A stretch of DNA of 64,000 bases from Heterodontus francisci (GCF_036365525.1 NC_090386.1:40161360-40225359); one strand, 5' to 3'; positions 37,246 to 51,003 are shown, numbered from the stretch's first letter. A program made the numbers and translations. The notes: generated by a model from the letters alone, not told the origin.

Positions 37246-39371
37246 TATTAACCTACACTTTTGAGAAGGCACAAGGGCACCTCAGGCTGTGGGGTTCTCC
37301 CTTAAATGTGCCGATCATATTGCGATCACGTCATTGGGGCCTAACTGAAATTTTGACCTGAGGGCTACGTGGGGAATCTTTCCTGGCTTTGTCACTGCCT
37401 TAACCTGTCAAGAAGAGAAGCCAGAAAGGCAAGTTAAATTTTGATATGTATCTTTTAAATTTCCTTATAGGCCAGGAGGAGCAAGACACTGACTCCCTCT
37501 GACATCCTTCTGACATTCCTCTGACTCCCACAAAGACACTTGGGGCTGTTCTTATTTCAGATTTCCAGCATCTGCAGTATTTTGCTTCTGCAAACCTTGG
37601 ACTTCCCCTGTCCTATGCTTCCCTCCTCCCCTCTGACCACCTGACAACCACTTACCTTAGTGTCAGGAACTACTCTTTCAGGATGCTGTCAGAAGCTTCC
37701 TGCTGCTGGAAGTTATGCTTGCTCACTCCCACCCACCAGCCAGCTCATGCTTCCTGCTAGATTTGCACAGGAGACCGATGGTAAGCCTGCAGTTGGGGCC
37801 CGGGAGTTAAATATCCCTCAAGTCTCGCACTGCAAGTGCTGACTGGATTTCCATCTCCCTGAACCCACATCAATCCTGCTCGCCATTAAAATTGCCCCTA
37901 TATTTCTAGAATTGGCACCTCTGATCCAAGAGACTGGCGAAAGAGCTCCCAAAATGTGCTAAACAAGGCAGGTGAATTCAAATGCAATTCTGGGCTAGAA
38001 CAGGGACAAAGAATCCTCTCAGTTAACCATAGCCCTGGGTGGATCTCTGAAGTGAAATCTATCACGAAAGAGTAATGAGATTTAAGTATGTACCAGTAGG
38101 GCTGTTTCCTCTGGTTGTTATGTTTAGCAACGGTACAAACAAAGACAGGAAGATTTCATTGGGTTGGTATGAACTGTTCTTTTTGAACCAGAAATAAGGC
38201 CAAAGAATATATTCTTGCCTTTGTCCACAATGTCACCACACACAATGATGAGAATAAACATTCCCAATGCCAAGATACTCAGTACACAAGGAGTATTGTA
38301 ACATTGGCTTCACTATGTTAAAGAATGAGAACTGACTATTAACTAATTATTTTCTCCCTTATGATGACCTGATAAAGCCAAGGTGAAGCATGTGAAGGCT
38401 TTAATTTTGGATCATAATGTTGCCAGATCCAACAGTGCTGTGGCTGTGTTATGTTGCAAGGCTAGAGTTCAAGGTAATCAGTACGACTTTTTCATTAATA
38501 CTTTGCCCTCTCCTTCTGATGGTGGAGGCGTTTTACGTGGTTTAATTCTCCGGGTGACTAGCCCACCTGGTAGCTCATGCAAGTGGCCAATCTTCATGTG
38601 TGATCCTGAATAGCAGGTTATTTGGCATTTGGAGGCATCACAACCAAGTCTGGTGCAGTCCTTACCCTACTACACCAATGTTTCGGCAGGAGTTATTGGC
38701 TAACAATCAGGAGCAGGATTGATGTAGAGAATTTGGGAACTGGCTAGTGAGTTTGTTGAATAAGCAGAATTGTCATGCATCATAAAGTACTATAATTGCC
38801 ACTGGAGAAGAGCTTATTAAAAATGTTATCTTTAGCACCTTGGCACAGTGCAGAGAGAAAAATTGGCCGAAGAGAATAGCACATTCGTAATGAAGCACAC
38901 CTAATTTTCCTTCCCTCCCAACTTTCCTCTTTGCACAGCACCCAAGTGAAGCTGTATATTCAGGCACTGAAGATGAAAATCTATTGCATAAACTCTCACC
39001 TAGTTAATGGTGCAAGCATTTCTCGTTATTCAAAAATTTCACTGAGCCTGTTCCCCAAATCGATGATGCAGTCGCATCAGAAACAGGCTGAAATTCCACC
39101 CTTGTATTGTAGAAGTACTTATAGTCTTCTCAGGCGGTCACTCGGGAATGAGGATGACTTTCTTCCACTCCAGGGTTGTGGGTCCTTAGGTGACTGAACA
39201 GACCAATCCTAATATTCCAGGTCTGGAAGTTCATTTTGAGGGGTTGGAAGATGCCCGTGCGTGGGTTCTTTTAACATGGGGTGACCTTTGCACACTGACT
39301 ACCACATGGTCCAAGCGAAGCAAGGTCTTTGTCCGATGGCAGAGATGGCCAAGACGATTGGAGACCAGGTT

Positions 39372-39705
39372 CCGCACAGTGGCGCAGTGGTTAGCACTGC
39401 AGCCTCACAGCTCCAGGGACCCGGGTTCGATTCTGGGCACTGCCTGTGTGGAGTTTGCAAGTTCTCCCTGTGTCTGCGTGGGTTTTCTCCGGGTGCTCCG
39501 GTTTCCTCCCACAAGCCAAAAGACTTGCAGGTTGGTAGGTAAATTGGCCATTATAAATTGTCACTAGTGTAGGTAGGTGGTAGGGAAATATAGGGACAGA
39601 TGGGGATGTTTGGTAGGAATGTAGGATTAGTATAAATGGGTGGTTGATGTTCGGCACAGACTCGGTGGGCCGAAGGGCCTGTTTCAGTGCTGTATCTCTA
39701 ATCTA
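39372..39705 (+). mobile_element. Full-length HE1-like tRNA SINE
   Basis: A box TGGCGCAGTGG, B box GGTTCGATTC, CR1-like tail GGGCCGAAGGGCCTGTTTCAGTGCTGTATCTCTA; lies within an older, possibly RTE-related fragment (~39115-39840). Confidence 0.9.
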
Positions 39706-39973
39706 CAGAGACAGGGAGTAATACACACACATGGCCAGCATGTCCAGCTAGTGAGCCCTGATGCAGATCGTATGGATCTGCGTCAGGGTGTTCTTGAAGG
39801 GGTAGCTGAAAGCCTGCTCCAAGGGCTCCTGTGCCAAGGGCCATTATAATAGTATACTATAGTATATAATATAGTAAACCTCTTCTATCACTGGAAACCA
39901 AATTTGCAATGTGCCATATGAAGGGGGGTCCTGTATCAGATATGATCAAATATCAGACAGTCTTAAAAACAGA

Positions 39974-40730
39974 GGCTGGAATTTTACACCACCCAGCGAG
40001 CGGGATAGTGCCGGGGGTGGGGGTTATGGGGAGTTGCGTAAAATGGAGCGGGAGGCACCGGGAGACCTTCTCGGCTTGCTCCTGCCTCCATCGCCAATTT
40101 ATGTAGGGCAGCGACGACAACAAAACGGCCCACACACTCCAGGCCAATCAAGGCCCTTAGGTGACCACTTAACGGCCACTTAAGGGCCTTTTCCTGACTC
40201 CACGCAGATTTTACGCGTGGCAAGCGGGCGTCCTGGAACCTGGAGAAGCCGCTTAATGAAAGCAGACGGCTTCCGAGCGTCCTGGGATGCCTCTCATGAT
40301 CGGACGCCCTGTGCCCGATGGAGGGCACGCCCCCGCTATCCCACTCGCAAGATTCAACACTCTCCCTTTCCCCCCCAATCGAGCACCCTTGCCTCGCCGG
40401 GGCCCAAGCAATTACTCCCGGCGAGGCAACCAAAACTTACCTTCCTTCCCAGCTCCCAGGCACCTTGGCTTCATGCTGAGCTGCAGTCCCAGCAGTGGCC
40501 ACCACTTAAGGTGGCGTTGCTGGGACTAAGAGCTGCTGGTCCGCTGATTGGCCGGCAGCTCTATTAGGTGGGGCTTCCTGCCTCAAGTGGGTGGAAGCCC
40601 CGCCTCACTCCAATTGAAGCCCGGGAACCCGCAAAATATGGGTCGGAACCCCAAGTGAGGCGGATGCGGGTTTGCCACCGACTTTTCAGTCAGTGGCCAA
40701 CTCCCGTCTGCCTAAGGTAAAATGCCGGCC
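39974..40730. mobile_element. PIF/Harbinger-type MITE
   Basis: GGCTGGAATTTT / AAAATGCCGGCC; flanks AGA/AAA; family motif GGCCACTTAAGGGCC. Confidence 0.78.
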
Positions 40731-41154
40731 AAAGTCTTCTATGTAGTTGATGGCAGCTTTGTAGTTACAGTGTAGGTGTGCAACACAGTGACTCTTTTAT
40801 CATCAGGTTTTAGAACTGGACAATATAAGCTCGGAAAGTCCAGGTTTGATCTGATTACATAGAAAATATCTGAACATACGTTGCGACATTATATCAATAT
40901 TAAGTAACATAAGTTTTTGCTGATACAACTGATCTTTGCTGGGGAAATGGTGAGGTACTACAATTGGTTAGAGAAAGACAAAAGCAGCCACGGTTTCCAT
41001 TGCTGGTCACTATGAGTGACCCTTGCCGGATGGCATGCGAGTCTGTTGAGCAAGGACAGGATTAGACTTTGACCCTGATGCCCCCATTACAGTTGAATAA
41101 ATCAAGATCTGAATTGTCATTTGGTTGTGGCTTCAAAAGGTACCTATAGACAGT

Positions 41155-41810
41155 AGGGGTGGTATTTAATGGGCCTGCGGGAGATGGGCGGGGAGATGGG
41201 TGTGGCCCACAGAACTGCGATGGAAAGCAGGAGGGCGGAGGGTTCATCGCCTTCCTGTCACACTGCAATTAATTCAGGGGAGGGAAAGACCAAAGATTGC
41301 CTCCCACCCATAGGTCAATTGAGGCCCTTAAGTGGCCAATCGCTAGCCACGTAAGGGGCTTTTCTCGCCGCCACTGGAATTAAACCAGCGACAGGAAGTG
41401 GGTGTCCTCCACCACTTGGGGAGTTCGCCCAGTAAAACAAGGTGGACTTCCTGCGGATGGTGGGGGGCCTCCTCTGTGGGCAATCGGTGGCCCACGGAGG
41501 GCCCCCGGTGGCAAAGGCCACCCCTCCATGTACATCCACCCTCCACCCTCAACGCGTACCCTAATGACCCCCTTGGTGGGTCCTTCTAGACTGGCTCTGG
41601 CAACCCCACCTCACTTCCCTGGGGTCTGGGGCTCCAGTGCTGGGCCAGGTCCAGGCCTCCTATGGTACCAGCAGTGGCCACCACTCCCGGTGGTACAGCC
41701 GATACTACTGAGCTGTTGGTCTTCTGATTGGCGAGAGGGGCCATGGCAAGGTTCCCCTCACCTTTTCAGCCGGTGCTGGGACTCCTGCTGACTTGACTAA
41801 ATTCAGTCCT
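41155..41810. mobile_element. PIF/Harbinger-type MITE (degenerate ends)
   Basis: Contains CAATTGAGGCCCTTAAGTGGCCAAT and CAGCAGTGGCCACC family motifs; ends AAATTCAGTCC. Confidence 0.65.
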
Positions 41811-42574
41811 GGAAGTGCCCGTGTTATCTGACAGAATGGGTGAAAACTGGAAAGCGGATGGGGAACATAATTTTGTAGATGGTCCTATTCATTACAAAAA
41901 TAATTCTTTTCTTTGCCCAGATTTTGGCTGCTTTCTCGTGATCAGAATGCAAAATTGTTACCTCTGCTTCACAGTGGTAAAGATAGTAGGGGAGCCTTTG
42001 GTACGGATTGCACCCTCTTTGCAAGCATAATTGTCAAATTTAACAGTGGGATGGCCCATGCCCAATCTGTGCATATGTTGAGGCCACTATTAAATTTGTT
42101 GGGTCCTTTTCAGGCATTATAGGGAGCTGCCTATAAGGCATTGCCCCCTTGTGTGCCTTACTTCTAAAGACCCCTATTGGGAAATTGGTTCCCAATGAAA
42201 TGAGTAGGAACCAGGCCTGCTCCATCCAGGATTCTTCAGTGGTTGATGTGACCGCCACCATGGGAACGTTTAAAGTATTATTTATTTATTTAGTTTAAAA
42301 TGCATTTAAAATGCTTCTCCAACTTTACCGCCCTCATGAGTGCCTCCACTCACTGTTGCCTGTCCAACTTCTGCAGTATTCATTTTTGTTAAATGTTCAT
42401 TTTGCTAGCACCTATCCCAAATCTGTAATGTTAATGAGGGTTGAGGAACACTTTTGGGCCAGGGTCAGAACTGTTGGTTAGGGCTTTCGTTGTTAGCAAG
42501 CCACTGGTTATGGACCAGGAATGAGGCATAACCAATTACCAGTCCAATGGCTGCAGATTAGCTGACTTTCCACT

Positions 42575-43052
42575 TTCCTGGATGATGCAGCTCCAACACT
42601 GAAGAAACTCAACACCATCTAGGACAAAGCAGCCCACTTGATTAGCACCCCATCCACCACCTTAAACATTGAGTCACTACACCACCAGTGCACAGTGGCA
42701 GCAGTGTGTACCAGATACAAGATGCACTGCAGCAATTTGCCAAACCACTTTCTACAACGCCTTCCAAACCCGTGGCCTCTACCACCTCGAAGGACAAGGG
42801 CAACAGGCGCTTGGGAAACCATCACCTGCAAGTTCCCCTCCAAATCACACGCCATCCTGACTTGGAACTGTATCACCATTCCTTCACTGTCACTGGGTCA
42901 AAAACCTGGAACTCCTTCCCTCACAGCACTGTGAGTGTACCTACACCACATGGAATGCAATGGTCAAGAAAGTGGCTCACCACTACCTTCTGAAGGGCAG
43001 TTAGGGATGGGCAATAAATGCTGACCTGGCCAGTGATGCTCACATCCCACGA
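42575..43052 (+). mobile_element. 3' fragment of the 17624-20885 LINE family
   Basis: TVAAVCTRYKMHCSN..SKTWNSFP and shared 3'UTR. Confidence 0.88.
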
Positions 43053-43381
43053 TAGCCTAAAAATAGACCAGGAGCTCCCTCAGCTATGAGAATTAGAATT
43101 CAACTTATCTGGCCTCACAGTTCATTCCTGCAAGGATTGAAAATGATCCTTTGTTATTTTAAAGAGTTTAATAATGTTGTTGTTGAAGTGCCTCCAAGGA
43201 ATGTAATGTAGCCAGTTCGAAGCCTCCATAGAGAGCTGCGCTTTCTACTAATAACAACCATCTGTGGGAAGTAGTTTAACATTTATTTAAGGCTTTTGAA
43301 TTATTGCAAACATGAAATATTCTTTAATTCTTCCTCCCAACCCATTCCAATTATGACTAAGCCACATTTTGAATGTCAAAG

Positions 43382-46300
43382 TGTCATGGATCTGTAATTA
43401 TTTTTCTCCTCAGATTAAAATGTCCCAGACACTGCCATCACCATCCCCGGTTATGTCCTGTCCACTGGCAGGACAGACACAGCAGAGGTGGTGGCACGGT
43501 GATATACAGTCGAGAGGGAGTCACCCTGGGAGACCTCAACATTGACACCGCACCCTATGAAGTCTCATGGCATCAGGTCAAACATGGGCAAGGAAACCTC
43601 CTGCTGATTACCACCTACTGCCCTCCCTCAGCTGATGAATCGGTACGCCTCCATGTTGAACACGCACTTGGAGGAAGCACTGAGGATGGCAAGGGCACAG
43701 AATGTACTCTGGGTGGGGGACTTCAATGTCCATCATTAACAGTGGCTCGGTAGCACCACTACTGAATGAGCTGGCTGAGTCCCAAAGGACATAGCTGCTA
43801 GACTGGGTGTACGGCAGGTGGTGAGGGAAACCAACAAGAGGGAAAAACATATTTGACCTCGTCCTCACCAATCTGCCTGTTGCAGATGCATCTGTCCATG
43901 ATAGTATTGGTAGGAGTGACCACCGCACAGTCCTTGTAGAGATGAAATCCTACCTTCACATTGAGGCTACCCTCCATTGTGTTGTGTGGAACTACCACCA
44001 TGCTAAATGGGATAGATTTCGAACAGATCTGGCAATGCAAAACTGGGCATCCATGAGGTGCTGTGGGCCATCAGCAGCAGCAGAATTGTACTCAACCACA
44101 ATCTGAAACCTCGTGGCCCGGCATATTCCCCACTCTACCGTTACCATCAAGCCAGGAGATCAACCCTGGTTCAATGAAGACTGCAGGAGGGCATGCCAGG
44201 AGTAGCACCAGACATACCTCAACATGAGGTATCCACCTGGTGAAGCTGCATGCCAAATTGCGTAAGCAGCATGCGATAGACAGAGCTAAGCGATCCCATA
44301 ACCAACGGATCAGATCTAAGCTCTGCAGTCCTGCCACATCCAGTCGGGAATGGTGGTGGACAATTAAACAACTAACTGGAGGAGGTGGCTCCACAAATAA
44401 CCCCATCCTCAATGATGGGGGAGCCCAGTACATCATTCAGAAAGATGAGGCTGAAGCATTTGCAACAATCTTCAGCCAGAAGTACCAAGTTGATGATCCA
44501 TCTCGGCCTCCTCCTGAAGTACCAAGCATCACAGATGCCAGACTTCAACCAATTCGATTCACTCCAAGTGATATCAAGAAATGACTGAAGGCACTGGATA
44601 CTGCAAAGTCTGTGGGTCCTAATAATATTCCGGCAATAATACTCAAGACCTGTGCTCCAGAACTTGCTGCACCCCTAGCCAAGCTCATACAGGACAGCTA
44701 CAACAACGACGTCTATCTGGCAATGTGGAAAATTGCCCAGGTATGTCCTGTACACAAAAAGCAGGACAAATCCAGCCCAGCCAATTATCGCCCCATCAGT
44801 CTGCTCTCAATCATCAGTAAAGTGACAGAAAGTGTCATCAACAGTGCTATCAAGTGGCTCTTGCTTAGCAATAATCTGCTCAGTGATGCTCAGTTTGGGT
44901 TATGCCAGGGCCACTCAGCTCCTAACCTTATTGCAGCCTTAGTTCAAACATGGACAAAAGAGCTGCACTCAAGCAGTGAGGTGAGAGTGACTGCCCTTGA
45001 CATTAAAGCTGCATTTGACCGAGTATGGCATCAAGGGGCTCTAGCAAAACTGAAGTCAGTGGGAGTCAGGGGGAAAACTCTGCTGGTTGGAATCATACCT
45101 TACTCAAAAGAAGATGGTTGTGGTAGTTGGAGGTCAATCATCTCAGCTCCAGGGTATCACTGCAGGAGTTCCTCAGGGTAGTGCCGAGGCCCAACCATCT
45201 TCAACTGCTTCATCAATGATCTTCTATCAATCATAATGTCAGAAGTGGGGATGTTCGCTAATGATTGCAGAATGTTCATCACATTTGTGACTCCTCACAT
45301 ACTGAAGCAGTCCTTGTAGAAATGCAGCAAGACCTATACAATATCCAGGCTTGGGCTAATAAGTGGCAAGTAACATTTGCGCCACACAAGTGCCAGGCAA
45401 TGACCACCTCCAACAAGAGAGAATCTAACCATCTCCCCTTGACATTCAATGGCATTCCGATCGCTGAATCCCCTACTATCAACATCTTAGGGGTTAACAT
45501 TGACCAGAAACTGAACTGAAGTAGCTATATAAATAGCATGGCTGCAAGAGCATGTCAGAGGCTAGGAATCCTGCAGCAAGTAATTCACTTCCTGACTCCC
45601 CAAAGCCTGTCCACCATCTACAAGGTACAAGTCAGGAGTGTGATGGAATGCGCTCCACTTGCCTGGATGGGTGCAGCTCCAACAACACTCAAGAAGCTCA
45701 ACACCATCCAGGCCAAAGCAGCCCGCTTGATTAGCCCCCATTCACAAACATTCAACTCCCTCTACCACCTACGCACAGTGGCAGCAGTGTGTACCATTTA
45801 CAAGATCCACTGCAACAATGCACCAAGGCTCCTTAGACAGCACCTTCCAAACCCGCGACCTCTACCAAACAGAAGGACAAGGGCAGCAAATGCATGGGCA
45901 CACCACCACTTGCAAGTTCCCCTCCCCATCCTGAATTAGAACTATATTGCCGTTCCTTCACCGCCGCTGGGTCAAAATCCTGGAACTCCCTTCCTGACAG
46001 CACTGTGGGTGTACTTACCACACATGGACTGCAGGGGTTCAAGAAGGCAACTCACCACCACCTTCTCAAGGACAATTAGGGATGGACAATAAATGCTGGC
46101 CTAGCCAGTGACGCCTACATCCCATGAATTAATAAAAAGTGTGTGTGTCTTTAAGACTCTGTTAAAAAAAAAGTGCACCTTTAAGGGAGAGAATGTTCTG
46201 GAGTGACAGTGTGCCACAGCTGCATTTTTGTTAGCCTGGGCAACAGCAGGAGAGAGAGGTCGCATGGTGCAATGTGTCCACTTGACTGTATGTTGAACTG

Positions 46301-46951
46301 GCAGAAACAGGCTGAAATCAGTTAGTTCTGAGAGACCTTCTAGTGAGATAAACTGAAGAGAAAAGGAGCTATTTATTTTCTCTCAGCAGAAAATTCTACA
46401 AGGAGCTATAAGCCAATTTAATTCCCTGAGTAAAGAAGAAAAGCATTCTTTTTCAAGACACCATTCGAATTGCTGTGCTCATCATTCAAAGAGCTGTTTA
46501 ATTGCTTGTTGCAGCTGAAGAGTTGAATGCCTATATACTGAAGGACTATTTTCATCATATCCACATTAGAAGACCCTCACCCATCAGGAATGTAACCTAC
46601 AAAGACTTTCTTATTTTACTTATTCTTAAGAGACAGCTAATTTTTAATAACTCCACTTTTAAAACCGGACTGCTATTATTTTTGAATGTATGTGCGTGAA
46701 TGTGGGAGTTAGATTAAATTAAGAAGTTATAAGGTCTTTGGACATATGTTTATATGAATTGTGTTTAAGATTTAGTTTATTTTTCATAAATAGTTAATTT
46801 GTTTTTGTCTAATGATACCTGGTTTAGTCTGTTTCATTCTGCGGTTACTAGAGTGTTTAATTTGGCTGTTTTCTGATTGAGTATGAAGGCTTAATAATAT
46901 ACTGTGACGGGACTGAATTAACAGTGTGTTGCTCCCACCGCGGTCATAACA
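43382..46951. mobile_element. Solo-LTR-like element (TGTCATG...CATAACA) with nested LINE
   Basis: TG..CA termini with a short imperfect inverted repeat; ~40 bp left and ~810 bp right of the nested LINE. Confidence 0.5.
43420..46139 (+). mobile_element. Long degenerate copy of the 17624-20885 LINE family
   Basis: Colinear endonuclease and RT regions (LKTCAPELAAPL, NYRPISLLS, LDIKAAFDRVWH) through the 3'UTR. Confidence 0.93.
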
Positions 46952-47176
46952 CTAATAACAACCACCTGTGGGAAGTTGTTTAAAATTTATTTTAAGGCTT
47001 TTGAATTATTGCAGACATGAAACATTCTTTAATTTTTCCTCCCAATCATTCCAATTATGACTAAGCCACATTTTGAATGTTCCCTGGAGCGTGACTGAGC
47101 ATTAAAATCATGACCATCCCAACCTCAGGTACTACCAGCTTTACCTGTGAGTGAGAGTTGGTGTGTGGATTGATAC

Positions 47177-49315
47177 GGAAATGGAAGAGAGGGAGGAATT
47201 CAAGAAAATTACAATCACCACAGAAGGGGTATTGAACAAATTGTTTCTACAGAAATTTAAAAAAGAGAAGAGTTAACAAAGTGAGTGTTAGTCCTATAGA
47301 AAGTGCATCTGGGGAATTACTAATGGTAAATAAGGAGATAGCAGAAGAATTGAACAGGTACTTTGCATCGGTTTTCACATTAGAGGATACAAGTAACATC
47401 CCAGAAATAGCTGTAAATCAGGAAATGGAAGGGAGGGAGGAACTCAAGAAAATTACAATCACCAAGGAAGTGGTATTGAGTAAATTGTTGGAGCTGCCGG
47501 CTGACAAGTCCACGGGTCCTGATGGACTTCATCCTAGGGTCTTAAAAGAAGTGGCTAGTGAGATAGTTGATGCGTTAGTTTTATTTTCCAAAATTCCCTA
47601 GATTCGGGGAAAGTTCCGCTAGCCTGGAAAATAGCGAATGTAACTCCTTTATTCAAAAAGGGAGGGAGACAGAAAGCAGGAAACTACAGGCCAGTTAGCT
47701 TAACATCTATCTTAGGAAAAATGTTAGAAGCTATTATTAAAGATGTTCTAACAGGGCACTTAGAAAAATTCAAGGTAATCAGGCTGAGTCAACATGGTTC
47801 TGTGAAAGGGAAATCATGTTTAACCAATTTATTGGAGTTCTTTTGAGGGAGCTACATGTGCTGTAGATAAAGGAGAAGCGATGGATGTATTGTACTTAGA
47901 TTTCTAGAAGGCATTTTATAAGGTGCCACATCAAAGGTTATTGCAAAAAATAAAAGCTCATGGTGTAGGGAGTAACATTCTGGCATGGATAGAAGATTGG
48001 CTAGCTAACAGGAAATGGAGAGTAGGCATAAATGGGTCATTTTCTGGTTGGCAAGATGTAATGAATGGTGTGCCACAAGGATCTGTGCTGGGGCCTCAAC
48101 TTTTTACAATTTATATAAATGACTTAGATGAAGGGACTAAAATGTTGCTAAACTTGCTGATGACACAAAGATAGGTAGGAAAGTAAGTTGTGAAGAGGAC
48201 ATAAGGAAGCTACAAATGGATACAGATAGGTTAAGTAAGTGGGCAAAAATTTGGCAGATGGAGTATAATGTGAGAAAATGTGAAGTTGTCCATTTTGGCA
48301 GGAAGAATAACAAAGAAGCATGTTATCTAAATGGTGAGAGATTGCAGAGCTCTGAGATGCAGAAGGATCTGGGTGTCCTAGTGCATGAATCACAAAAAGG
48401 TAGTATGCAGGTACAGCATGTAATTAGGAAAACTAATAGAATGTTATTGTTTATCATGAGGGGAATTGAATACAAAAGTAGGGAGGTTATGCTTCAGCTA
48501 TACAGGACATTGGTGAGACCACATCTGGACTACTGTGTATAGTATTGGCACCTTGTTTAAGGAAGGATGTAAATATGTTGGAAGCAGTTCATAGAGTCAT
48601 AGAGCCATAGAGTTATACAGCACAGAAACAGGCCCTTCGGACCAACGCATTGCGCTGACTGTCAAGCACCCATCCAATCTAATCCCATTTTCCCGCACTT
48701 GGCCTATAGCCTTGTATGCTTTGGCATTTTAAGTGCTCATCTAAATACTTCTTAAATGTTGTGAGGGTTCCTGCCTCTACCACCCCTTCAGGCAGTGTGT
48801 TCCAAATTCCAACCACCCTCAGGGTAAATTTTTTTTCCCTCAACTCCCCTCTAAACCTCCTGCTCCTTACCTTAAATAAGGTTTCAGAGAAGGTTTACTA
48901 GACTGATACCTGGAATGGGTGGGATAATATAAGGAAAGATTGGGCAGGCTAGGCTTGTATTCACTGGAATTTAGGAGAGTACGAGGCGACTTGATAGAAA
49001 CATATAAGATCCTGAGGGGTCCTGACAGGGTGGATGTGGAAAGGATGTTTCCCCTTGTGGGAGAATCTAGAACGAGGGGGCACAGTTTATAAATAAAGGG
49101 TCGCCCATTTAAGACAGAGCCGAGGAGAATGTTTTTCTTGCAAAGGGTCATGAGTCTTTGGAATTCTCTTCCTCAAAAGACGATGGAAGCAGAGTTTTTG
49201 AATATGTTTAAGGCAGAGGTAGATAGATTCTTGATAAGCAAGGGGACGAAAGGTTATCGGGAGGGTTGGTGGTGAACTGAGTAGGTCTGCTCTTGATCCT
49301 AATTCGTATGTTCAT
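47177..49315 (+). mobile_element. CR1 LINE RT region and 3' end, with an opposite-strand CR1 3' fragment nested at ~48590-48878
   Basis: GPDGLHPRVLKE, GVPQGSVLGPQLFTIYINDL, LVRPHLDYCV; CR1 text is interrupted at GCAGTTCA and resumes at GTTTCAGAGAAGGTTTAC. Confidence 0.92.
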
Positions 49316-49486
49316 CTATATTCTGAAAATAATGAAATACTTTTTCAAGTTTTGCCATGGTCACTGGATGGAAAGCAAACCTAGATTCTGTTTATTTGCA
49401 GCAGTGTAGCTATTTCACAACACATCAGTTTTACAGCAATCATGAGGAGAGAAAAGCATTCAGCAGAGACGTGTGGTAAGAGGGGT

Positions 49487-49717
49487 AATAAAAACAAGAA
49501 ATGATGGAAATACTCAGCAGGTCTGGCAGCATCTGTGGAGAGAGAAGCAGAGTTAATGTTTCAGGTCAGTGACCCTTGTTCAGTTCTGAAGAAGAGTCAC
49601 TGACCTGAAGTGTTAATTCTGCTTCTCTCTCTACGGATACTTCCAGACCTGCTGAGTATTTCCAGCATTTCTTGTTTTTATTTCAGATTTCCAGCATCTG
49701 CAGTATTTTGCTTTTAT
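49487..49717. mobile_element. Palindromic Penelope-pLTR mini-element with 15-bp TSD
   Basis: Two inverted pLTR ends joined at their hammerhead motifs; TGTGGTAAGAGGGGT at 49472-49486 and 49718-49732. Confidence 0.88.
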
Positions 49718-50044
49718 TGTGGTAAGAGGGGTTTGGATATACATGAAAGTAGCAGAATGTGCTTTGCACGAATGCAAATACAACACCAGCATTAATATAA
49801 TGCAGGTTTGATAAATGCTGGACCTTGAGAAAAGCAAGTCACGTTAACCTGTCACAGGTGTTATTTATTCAGAGGGTTGCATTGTTTTATTTAGCCTCCA
49901 GAATTAATTAAACTGTCAAATAAGTAAAAGGATCAATAGTCTTTTGCACTTAACAATTGGCAGAGATCATTTAGAATAACATAATTCAGGGATATTTCCT
50001 GGCAAATAAGGCCTCCTCCTCCATACTAACCATTCATTATTTTG

Positions 50045-51003
50045 TTATTCATTCGTGGGAGGTGAGCATTGCTGGTTAGACCATCATTTATTTCTCATCC
50101 CTAATTGCCCTTGAGAAGGTGGTGGTGAGCTGCCTTCTTGAACTGCTGCAGTTCTTAGTGTGTATGTACACCAACAGTACTGTTGGGAAGGAGTTCCAAG
50201 ATTTTAACCCCGTGAGAGTGAAGGAACAGTGATAAAGTTCCAAGCCAGGTTGGTATGTGGCTTGGAGGGGAACTTGGAGGTGGTGTTCCTATGCGCCTGC
50301 TGCCCTTGTCCTTCTCAATGGTGGAGGTCACGGGTTTGGAAGGTGCTGCGGAAGGGGATTTGGTGAGTTGCTGCAGTGCATCTTGTGTATGGTACTCAGT
50401 GCTCCACTGTGTGTTGGTGGTGAAGTGAGTGAATGTTGAGGGTGCTGGGTGGGGTGACAATCAGGTCGCTGCTTTGTCCTGGATGGTGCTTTCTGGGTGT
50501 TGTTGGAGCTGCATCATCCAGGCAAGTGGAAAGTATTCCATCACACTCCTGACTTGTGCCTTGTAGATGATGGACTGGCATTGGGGAGTCAGGAGGTGAG
50601 TCACGCGCTGCAGAATTCCCAGCCTCTGACCTGCTCTTGGAGCCAGAGCATTTTCGTGGCTGGTTCAGTTCAGTTTCTGGTCAATGGTAACCCCCAGGAT
50701 GTTGATAATTGGGGATTCGGCAATGGTAATGCCATTGAACATCAAGGGTAGATGGCTAGATTCTCTCTTGTTTGAGTTGGTCTTTGTCTGGCACTTGTGT
50801 GGCGTGAATGTTACTTGCCACTTATCAGCCCAAATCTGGGTGTTGTTCAGGTCTTGCTGCAGATAGCCATGGGCTGCTTCAGCAGCTGAGGAGTCTGAAA
50901 TAGTGCTGAACATTGTGCACTCATTAGCGAACCTCCCCACTTCTGACCTTATGATTGAACAAAGGTCATTGATGAAACATTTGAAGATGGTTGGGCTTGG
51001 GAC
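50045..51003 (-). mobile_element. Older 3' fragment of the 17624-20885 LINE family
   Basis: PTIFKCFINDL..QQDLNNTQIWADKWQVTFTPHKC..ILGVTIDQKLN. Confidence 0.9.

Larger units (their letters stand above)
43247..47080. repeat. 130-bp direct repeat pair (43247-43376 and 46951-47080) flanking a 3.57-kb insert
   Basis: Manual alignment shows about 7 substitutions and 2 single-base indels. Confidence 0.93.

Noticed and set aside
39372-39450. tRNA gene-like sequence with A and B boxes (also ~23465-23543 and ~16300-16382)
   Set aside because: These are SINE heads continuing into SINE bodies and tails, not standalone tRNA genes.
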